From: Octopus vulgaris
Taxonomy: Eukaryota
Direction of reading: 5' to 3'
Length of the DNA: 64,000 nt
NCBI GenBank assembly: GCA_951406725.2
Contig: OX597819.1
Coordinates: forward strand, 56,296,001 to 56,360,000
Below the pieces are notes generated by a model, which saw only the letters and a list, made by a program, of their open reading frames with translations, did no database searches and had not been told where the DNA came from. Made by a program: the position numbers and the translations under genes. Positions 53,861 to 64,000 of the stretch are shown piece after piece. The stretch's first letter is position 1. The number at the start of each line of letters is the position of its first letter.

Positions 53861-55732
53861 AGGAAAAGAAAAGTGTTATTTATGGGAGGTTTTGACGTTA
53901 TTTCTTGGTCATCGGTTGACGACGTAGAATCTGTCTTGAAGTTAATGTTTTTGTCTTTTGCTACATGCTAGTTATAAAACTAAAATAATAAAAATTATAT
54001 TTGGTCTCTATTTCCACATAGAAGAATAACTACGATAATATTCTGTTTTTGTCGCGAAATTGCTTCGTGTGTTCTTGCATAGCTCAAGTACACTTTAGCC
54101 TATACATCAAACATTTTGTAAAATCATATACTTCATTTGTCATTAATTGAAAGCAAACATTGTATTATGTCATTCGAGATACGGTCTTGATTGCCATTGG
54201 TTACAAGTCTATCTGAGTAAACGTTGTCTGAAACTAAAAACCCACAACAAAATCATTTTGTACTTATATGTTCATATCTTCGACCTGGAAATTGGTTCAT
54301 CCCTTTTTATAACTTAAGGGTCTTATGTACAAAAACAACGTTTAAATTAATTTCATAGCAAGTAACATAGTTATCACATAACCTTTGAGTAGAATCGGCG
54401 GGAAGATTGTGTTGCATCTCTGAAAAGCAAGTATTACGTTGACTTTGTCAATATCCTTATAAAACGCATCAATAACACGCCATCAAATTTCTAACTCTAC
54501 GATCGTTTACAACTTTTCACTTTCCATAAGAAACCATTATTTCTTAAATGAGGTGGAGCTACAAAATTGATAGGCGGCCAGAATAAATTCATTAAGAATT
54601 TGAAGGGCATATGAAGGAACTCGAATGACAAAGATAATAGGGTACCGGATTAAATACATTTCGAGGATTTATTTCATTCCAATCACAGAATACTGGTAGA
54701 ATTTCTCACATAGAATACGGTTTACTTTAAACGTATTTTATAAGTTATTTCGTGTTAAAGAATCAACACCAGGAAGGAAGAAATATTATTTACATATATC
54801 TATTCGTTTGCTCGACATCGGTGTTTTAGCCATACATAAAGCGCGACAGTTTTTAAAAGAGCTATAGAGTAACGAGTCCGCATCTAGCTTTTTTGTTGAC
54901 GTATATGTAGTTTCAAAATGCCTTATTTTACAACTATGAGATGTATTGTTATTGTCATGATTGTATCTTACTATAATCAACAACAAACACATTTTGTCAA
55001 TATAAAAGATGAAGGTAAAACAAAACAAATAGCCGCTTATACACCGGAAATTGTAGTGGCTGATACAATTTCACTTGCTGGTTGCTAGTTCTAGTGTAGA
55101 AGAGAGGAAAAGAATAAGGAATGCACGGTGCTGACTAGAAAGGAAGAAAGGATAAAGGTGGCATCGACGTCGCACGCCATACGAATAGAACAGAGTGGTA
55201 ACATTTAGTAGAGATGACCCGGAAGTTATTCCTCTTCGATTACTATCGCTAACAGCAGTAGCTTTCTTCAGCCGAATACACGACCTTGATTGGTTGAAAT
55301 TACACCAGTACGACAACATTAACGCGAAATAACTTCTAAAATACGAAATTTTGTCCAAAACATTCAGAGTAAACCGTGTTCTACGTGAGAAATTCTACCA
55401 GTATTCGAAGTTTCAAACGGTTTTGTTAAAAAAAAATAATTAAAAAAATCTGTGATTGAATTTGAAAGCAATCAATGATAAAGCAAAACAGTACACTATT
55501 TCTAATAGAATGTATTTATGCTCATTATCGAAGGTTACAATTTTTAAAAAATTTAAACTCGCAGTGTAATCGAAGGGTGATATTGTAACGTACAACTAAC
55601 GATAGATGTATTTTGTATTCTGATGAAACAACTTGTTAGCTATAAAAACCATTAAAGACGGTTGACAACTCATTACCCACTTTTATGACACGCAGTTTCT
55701 CAGACAACCAAGCAGTATTACTAAAGATAATA

Positions 55733-55771
<39 letters not shown>

Positions 55772-55944
55772 TTGTTTACATACACATACACACGTATATA
55801 ATTATTTTCATCGCATATTTATGATTATTTTAATTGCAAAATGACTCAAGGACCAAGATTTTCGTGTATGTCTCTTGTCACGCTAATGAGTTTCATTGAT
55901 GCTATATACAGCTTTCTACGTCCTTGAGCCACTTTGTAATAAAA

Positions 55945-55991
<47 letters not shown>

Positions 55992-56051
55992 CTAATGTGC
56001 TGAGTTCAGTTTATCCTGCTTGTTCTACCAACCCCCACCTCATTCTATCTT

Positions 56052-56104
<53 letters not shown>

Positions 56105-56142
56105 CTGTAAATATCTATATCTATATATGCATACATATACTC

Positions 56143-56475
56143 ATTTACTTGTTTCATTGTGACTGTGACCATGCTGGAGCACCGCCTTTTAGTCGAACAA
56201 ATCGACCCCTGGACTTGTTTTTTTAAAGCCCGGTGCTTATATGGGGTGGGAGGAAACACAGGCACAAACGCACCAACATATACATCAACATATACACACA
56301 CACAAACATATACATACATATGTATATATATATACGACAGGTTTCTTTCCGTTTCCATCTACCAAATCCACTCATAAGGCTTTGGTCGGCCCGAGGCTAT
56401 AGTAGAAGACACTTGCCCAAGGTGCGACGCTGTGGGACTGAACTCAGAACCATGTGGTTGGGAAGCAAGCTTCTT
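56143..56475 (-). mobile_element. SINE family A
   Basis: Family match. Confidence 0.85.
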
Positions 56476-56505
56476 ACCACAGAGCCACGCCTACGTCTGT
56501 GTGTG

Positions 56506-56574
<69 letters not shown>

Positions 56575-57473
56575 ATATATATATAAATTATCTATCTGTA
56601 TATCTGTTTTAGCACAGATTAAGATTAGAAACGGTGTCAGCTATACCCATACGCTTCCATTTAATCATATTCTTCCTTTCGGTTCTCATTTGTATTTTGC
56701 ACATCCAATTTTTTCTTGACAATAAAACTTGAGAATATTCACTCAACAAAAAGAATATTTAATCAACCAGATTTGAAGACAATTTTGCCATTTGTTTTGA
56801 TTTCAATCTCTAAAATAATTATTCATCGTTAATTATTGTATTCTTTTTTATTATAATAGGATTTTTGTTTATATTTTTATTTTTGTGTTTCTGTCAGTCT
56901 TGAGTGCGAATGACTTCTTGGCAGTCGGTAGGTATAAATAATTAATAGCAACTTTTTCCTCACGAAGGGATAAATGAGAATAAAAATCAATAATAAAAGT
57001 TAATTTCTCCAAAGAGCATTAATTAAGAATCACAAATCTCTCAGTTTGAAGACGAATTTAAATGAAAAATTTTATCATTACACAATTATTTAAATTTATG
57101 CACACAGCTTTGTGTACATATATAAATACAAGCATAGCAACAGACACGTATACATAGGGAAAACGTGATGACATATACCCAACCATATTTCAGTATGTGA
57201 GTATAGGAAAAAAAGATACATATTTATACAAGTAACTACAGATATATCAAGGTATCAATTACCACATACACACAGATATAAACACAAATATTTATATCCA
57301 TAAATAGCCGATTTATTTTATGTAAGCAGTATATATGTGTACAAATAGAAACTGATGTATTCAACCCTGAATATCCATATATCGACAAATGTATAACTAC
57401 CCATGTTTTCACATACATACACACAAGCACAAACACACAGTCGTATAATGATACATACATACATTCATATATA

Positions 57474-57671
57474 CTCTTTTACTTGTTTCAGTCATTTGAC
57501 TGCGGCCATGCTGGAGCACCGCCTTTAGTCGATCAAATCGACCCCGGGACTTATTCTTTGTATTCTATCGGTTCTCTTTTTGTCGAACCGCTAAGTGACG
57601 GGGACGTAAACACACCAGCATCGGTTGTCAAGCAATGCTAGGGGGACAAACACAGACACACAAACACACAC

Positions 57672-57704
<33 letters not shown>

Positions 57705-57872
57705 CATATATACGACAGGCTTTTTCAGTTTCCGTCAACCAAATCCACTCACAAGGCATTGGTCGACCCGGGGCTATAGCAGAAGACACTTGCCCAAGAT
57801 GCCACGCAGTGGGACTGAACCCGGAACCATGTGGTTGGTTAGCAAGCTACTTACCACACAGCCACTCCTGCG

Positions 57873-57874
<2 letters not shown>
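57474..57874 (-). mobile_element. SINE family A, full length
   Basis: Family match. Confidence 0.92.
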
Positions 57875-57940
<66 letters not shown>

Positions 57941-57944
<4 letters not shown>

Positions 57945-60900
57945 CAGAGATACCCGGCGTTGCCCGGTTACATTCAATTGAAGAATTAGACTTTTCTGTT
58001 ATACCTTCTGTAATGAACTGGAACATCTAAGTTATGAATTTCATCAAAATTGCAGATAAGGGTTAATTCCCTCTTTACACACCCTAAAACATTGTAATCG
58101 TGCCACATGTATCCCATATTACTGATTTTTATGCGCATATTCCAAAATTCCAGTCTTATTGAACCTGTTAAAAATATTTTGCTCCTGAAAAATGAAGGTC
58201 ATGGAGCTCTAAAATGTGAGAGTTAAGGCCCCTGTTGGTGGGGGGGGGGGGCATCTTAATGTCAACCAGAGAAGTTGAATAGTTGAAAATCTTTTTAACT
58301 TGGGTCTTATATCTATTGTTTGAATTTCTTTGAAATAGGAAATATATGTTCACTGGATTTGTAAAAGAGAGCAAAGCTAAAGGAAACAAAAAGACGAATG
58401 ATCACAATAAGCAGTCAGTTACCCTACCCTAGTCGGTACCACTCCCAATGTAGGATTCATCACCATCCAGGTGACAGGCAAAGCCGTAAGATGCATTACG
58501 AATCTCTATGGCAATTGGAAGGGCGTGACCCAACTGAAATTAACATTAACAACTGTGTGACGTGAGGGCTAAGGAGTTTGCAGATGACCACTATGCTGAT
58601 ACGTAACTGGAGAGATTAATTTTAAAATCTATAAATGTCTTTGAATAACCAGTCACTCATCTGGCAAGGCCTTGAAATCAATGTTACCATCTGGGGACTA
58701 TGTGTCACCGAGTGATAATAAAAAGACTGAAAGAAAGTCTGCAATCAAATAAATTTACGCAACACTTTGCAACTGAATCAGTGGTTGCAAAGATGCCTCT
58801 CATTTACTTGACAATTTATGCAACACATTGCAGAAATCACAATGTAAGTGTATGTCAAATTAAACTGTTACACTGTTGTACCATTGAATTAGAAATAATT
58901 CCCAACTTTTATGCTCGGGTACAGTTTCCAAGAGCACAACTGTATTCGTTTTTGCTTAGATAAAATGACAAAATTGTGCGTGTTAAGTCCCCATGGAGGG
59001 GTCTTTCTAACTTCGTAAGAAAATAAATTTTATAAATATCACTTCATTTGTGTCTAATATCTATGGTTAAAATTTCATCAACAGCAAAAATATATGAATT
59101 GTCATGGGGGTTATGGACCTTATGCATAGAATATAATTTCCAAATTTCATAAAGATACATTCAGTACTTTTGACCTAGTTTGGATCATAAAAGAAATGAC
59201 TAAAATTTGGGAGTTAAGGCTCACATTAGAGTGTTATATATATATATATATACACGCACACATACAAAGATAGATTGATAGATACAACTGAGTGGGTAAA
59301 CAAAAATATGAGACACAGCCTAGTGCTTTTTTATGTTGATAAGCCTAGTACTTATTCTATTAGTTTGTTCTTGTGAAACCAGTAAGTTATGTGGATGTAA
59401 ATAAATGAACAGCAGTTGTGAAGCAGTGATGAGGGGAAACACAAAGACAAAGACACACACATACACTTACATATATACATATATATACGATTGATTTGTT
59501 TCAGTTCCTGTCTACGAAATCCATATATATTGTTGTTGGCATCCTTGTTGTCTCGGGAGACAATGGAGTTGCGCATAAAATAGTCTAGTCCGGCTTTTAC
59601 ATTTCATGTTCTAATACATCTCCTGCTGTGGCTGTGTAGTCCTATCCTGGACGGACACTCACTCTGGCAGGTGCCGCAAATGCAGCGAAGACTTTGCCTG
59701 GCTGGTTGTAATGTCCTAGTTTCTTGTTGACGTCTTTTCTTGTCTTTCCATTTCTCCTCTCTCTCTATGTCACTTCTGTGTGTTCCCTCTTTTACGGTAC
59801 GTCGCCAATCTCCACGGTTGCTGGCAACTGCTTCCCAGTTGGTAATATTGATGTTGCAGGCATTCATGTCCCATTTGCAAACGTCCTTGTATCGTAAGAA
59901 CGCTCTTCCCACAGACCTAGTGCCCCTAGTAAGCTCCTCGTTGAGTATGTCCTTGGGGATTCTGCCATCTCCTGTACGGCTAACATGTCCAAGCCATCTC
60001 ATACGTCTTTGTGTGAGGAGTGCAAATATGCTTAGTATTCCTGCTTGCTTGAGGACATCTTTGTTGGGGACATGGTTCTGTCATTTGATGCGAAGGATTT
60101 TCCGGAGGCAGCGCAGGTGAAAGATATTTAGGCGACGTATGGCGTCGTATGGCGTGTGTATGGCGTCCAAGTCTCACTTCCATACAGTAGAGTGCTAAGT
60201 ACACATGCCTGGTAAATCTTCATTTTTGTGGTCTTGGTCAGCTTATTGTTGTCCCATGCCCGTTTGGAGAGTTGGGCCATCACAGTAGCTGCCTTGCCAA
60301 TGCGTATATTGAGCTCAGCAACAAGGGATAGGTTGTAGGTGACGGTAGAGCCAAGATAGGTAAACTTCTCCACATCTTGTAGTCTGTGGTCTCCAATATG
60401 TAAGTTTGGGATGTCCAATGTAGCTTGACCCATGATGTTGGTTTTCTTGACGCTGATAACTAAGCCAAAGTTGCCACATGCTTGCTCAAAACAGTTGATG
60501 AGCCTTTGTAGGGTTTCTTCTGTGTGTGATACCAGAGCGGCACCATCAGCAAATAGCATCTCCTTGATCAGGACGCTTCTGATTTTGGTCTTGGCACGCA
60601 GATGCGAGAGATTGAACAGTTTCCCATCACTTCTACTGTGCAGAAACAGTCCATCATCTGATGTCTGAAAGGCATGTGACAGCAGCAGCGAGAAGATGAC
60701 AAATAATGTAAGAGCAAGGACACAACCTTGCTTTATTCCGTTTTTAATTTGGAAGGCGGCTGTTGTTGAACCATTGTGCTGTATGGTGCCTTGCATATCA
60801 TCATGGAAAGATTTGATGATCCTCAGCAGCTTTGGTGGACATCGGATTTTTTGGAGCAGGATGAAGAGGCCTTTTCTACTTACCAAGTCAAAGGCCGATC

Positions 60901-61664
60901 AATAAAGGCCATATATAATGGCATTTTCTGCTCTCTGGACTTCTCCTGAAGTTGCCGTATGGAGAATATCATGTCAATAGTTGATCTGCTTCTTCTAAAG
61001 CCACACTGCGATTCTGGATAAATTCAAGAAGCAAGCAGTTGCAGCCAGGATAGGGTAATGCGAGCAAAGGCCTTTCCAACAGTGCTTAGAAGAGATATTC
61101 CACGCTAATTGTTACAATTACCACGTTCAACGTTGTTTTTGTAAAGCGTGATGATGTTAGCATCCCGCATATCCTGAGGGACTGTACCCTCTTTCCAGCA
61201 CTGACATAGAAGCTCATCAAGGTGCCGAAGCAGGATGGTGTTTTTGCCGGTTTTGATTATCTCTGAGGGGATGCCGTCTTTTCCCAGAGCCTTGTTTCTT
61301 GCTAGGGAGTCAATAAACTTGGTGAGCTCTGCTATAGATGGCAGACTGTCAAGTTCACACATGACTGGCAAGATCTTGACACTCTCGATTGCAGCCTCAG
61401 CTACCGTGGTCTCTCGTGAGTACAGATCCTGGTAGAACCAAGTTTGTTGCCACACCTGCACCTATGTGTGTGTGGGGAGGGGTGGATCGGTGTGTGTGCA
61501 TGTGTATATGGGTGTATATATGTATGCATATATATATATGTATATATATATATGTGTACATATTACATGTACATCTATATATACATCTAGACATACATGC
61601 ATACATATACAGCTGTACATATACATGTATACATATACATGTATATATATATACATCCATATAT

Positions 61665-61727
<63 letters not shown>

Positions 61728-61915
61728 ATAGAGAGATGCTTCTGTTTCACTTTTAACACATAATACTGAAATAGTGGAGAAGATATGGTATTGCTATGGG
61801 CTCGCCCCAGGCAAAATGTTAAATTTGAATGAAATTGTTTGTGTAGTTCTCAGTTCTTAAGGATTCACACAGACAGACAGACAGACACACATTCTCAGTT
61901 TTATATATATATATA
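57941..61915 (-). mobile_element. probable non-autonomous Helitron, interrupted by SINE and RTE insertions
   Basis: Minus-strand 5' end TATATATAAAACTGAGAATGTGTGTCTGTCTG (~61870-61915). 3' hairpin CCGG-GCAACG-CCGG followed by GTATCTCTGTTAA (CTAG decayed). That both ends belong to one element is inferred. Confidence 0.45.
59531..61441 (-). mobile_element. RTE (BovB-like) LINE, 5'-truncated and frameshifted
   Basis: ORFs 61105-61461, 60128-60886 and 59604-60002 contain KALGKDGIP, GIKQGCVLA, LFADGAAL (catalytic DD mutated), FTYLGS, RWLGHV and a C-terminal CGTC...HSHSRRC. 3' hairpin TTGTCTC-CC-GAGACAA with a CAA tail. Confidence 0.95.
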
Positions 61916-61923
61916 TATATATA

Positions 61924-62080
61924 GGCGCACGAGTGGCTGTGTGGTAAGTAGCTTGTTTACCAACCACATGGGTCCGGGTTCAGTCCCACTGCGTGGCACC
62001 TTGGGCAAGTGTCTTCTACTATAGCCTCGGGCCGGCCAAAGCCTTGTGAGTGGATTTGGTAGAAACTGAAAGAAGCCCGT

Positions 62081-62123
<43 letters not shown>

Positions 62124-62290
62124 CTGTGTTTGTTCCCCTAGCATTGCTTGACAACTGATACTGGTGTGTTTATGTCCCCGTCACTTAGTGGTTCGGTAAA
62201 AGAATAAGTCCCAGGGTCGCGTTGCTCGATTAAAGGCGGTGCTCCAGCATGGCCGCAGTCGAATGACTGAAACAAGTAAAAGAGTAAAAG
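61924..62290 (+). mobile_element. SINE family A, full length
   Basis: Family match. Confidence 0.92.
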
Positions 62291-63043
62291 ATATATATAT
62301 ATATATATAAAGACACACGCATATTGCATATTAATTAATCTGTCAGTGTGTGAGTTCGTTGATTTTACTCTCTTGTCATCTTTTATAAATTCATAGATTT
62401 AGGTAATTTCACGTTGTTATGATAAAGCAATAACAACAACTCTGTTTAAGATGTCCAAAATAGCTAAGTAAGAAATGACAAGACTGAGAAAAAAGAAATA
62501 ATGTAAAATAGTATGATTAATCATCGATGTAAAGAGAGCTAGGGAGAGAAAGAGAGCGAAAGAGAAAGCGAGGGAGAGGAAGAGAGGAAGGAAATTGCTT
62601 GAAGTGTTGACCAATAATATGTCTTGGCATCATTAATAATGGTGTAGAATTTATTAGCTATCCATTAGCAGAAGCGCAATTAAATTTTTGTACTTACCGA
62701 TATATCAAATTCTTTACTATTTTGCATTAGTAAATGTCCAACTGTATGATTGGTGTGTAGTTGAAAAAAATTTTTATTTTAAATCTTATCTTTCTTGGTA
62801 TCATCAATACACAGATTGCTTCTCTCAAGCTAAAAATAGATAAAGCAGAAAGTTTCATGTAAAATTGAACCAATCATTTATTCATATTTAATAAAATAAA
62901 ATTTCTCACTTCAGCTCTTCCAGTAAGGACAAACACACAACGATTACGCACAAACGCACACGCACGCGCATTCAGAGAGACATACCGTAGCACTAACACA
63001 TTGATTACAGTGCAACATTTTCGGTACAATATTATGTAGGTAA

Positions 63044-63083
<40 letters not shown>

Positions 63084-63250
63084 GCATACATACATATATA
63101 TATATACATATATATATGTACATGCATACATATATATATATATATATACACATACATATATATCCTATATATCTCTCTGTCTGTCACTTTCTCTATATAT
63201 GAATATGTGTGTGTGTGTAAATATAGATATATATGTGCGTATGTATATAA

Positions 63251-63331
<81 letters not shown>

Positions 63332-63749
63332 TATATAAACATACATGCACACAAGCTCAGACAGACAGACACACACATATATATTAAAAGTTAAGAAGAA
63401 AATGCTTTTTGAATTTTACCATAAGCAAAGAAACAAAATATCTATATATTTATGAAAATATTCAATCGGTTTCTATCCCGTTAAAAACGATTTAGTAATT
63501 ACTGTAAGTGAAGGGAAAATAAAGTAAAATGAATTATATAAAATTAATGCTTAATGAAATCAGTTTTGGAAGTTCATGTATTTCTTATGAAATTCACATG
63601 GTGCTTAGAGTCGGTTTTCTTTTGATGTTTGCTGGTTTGTGGCAGTTGTACTTCGTCATTAAGGAGCGACTTCGCAAGTAACCATAGTAGTCGTGGTCGA
63701 GGCTTTATCTGTGCCGCTAGTAGAAGTAGGAGTGGTATCTGAGCATTAG

Positions 63750-63808
63750 TTGCAGTAGCAGTGGTGGTAATGGCATTTGCAGTAGCAGTAGAAGCTGCTA
63801 TGGTGGTC

Positions 63809-63847
<39 letters not shown>

Positions 63848-63930
63848 TTGTTGTTGTCGTCGTCGTCGTTGTTGTTTTTGTTGTTGTCGTCGTCGTCGTT
63901 GTTGTTGTTGTTGTTCTTCTTCTTCTTCCA
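63750..63930. repeat. compound trinucleotide microsatellite (GTT/GTC/TTC)
   Basis: Directly visible. Confidence 0.9.
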
Positions 63931-64000
63931 ATCAGGACTCACGCCTTTAGCCACAAAGAATAATCTCTAATTCGAGCCTACTCTAAGCTACTAAGAATGT

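Noticed and set aside
55618-55640. CTGATGAAAC
   Set aside because: Core halves overlap, leaving no room for stem II.
63574-63954. 126-aa ORF at the window end
   Set aside because: Dominated by trinucleotide repeats with no domain. Could be a UTR but unsupported.

Overview
AT-rich eukaryotic non-coding DNA with no supportable host protein-coding gene. It is saturated with (TA)n/(CA)n/(TCTA)n/(TAA)n microsatellites, and the repeat content resembles a coleoid cephalopod such as Octopus (inference). Most listed ORFs are microsatellite translations. The real content is several tRNA-derived SINE families, decayed L1/Tx1, RTE and CR1-like LINEs, an internally deleted mariner, a MITE carrying telomere-like repeats and a probable Helitron. 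Three things stand out. (1) About 10-14 type-I hammerhead ribozyme motifs, most with palindromic stem III, sit in ORF-less elements beside (TA)n tracts. Two of these elements are terminally redundant monomers (595 and 535 nt) that look like retrozymes or non-autonomous Penelope-like elements. (2) One tRNA-headed SINE carries a hammerhead in its tail. (3) A Tx1-type LINE and a SINE sharing its 3' end repeatedly join at the same nucleotide of the SINE's own tRNA head. All folds and alignments were done by eye, so boundaries are approximate.
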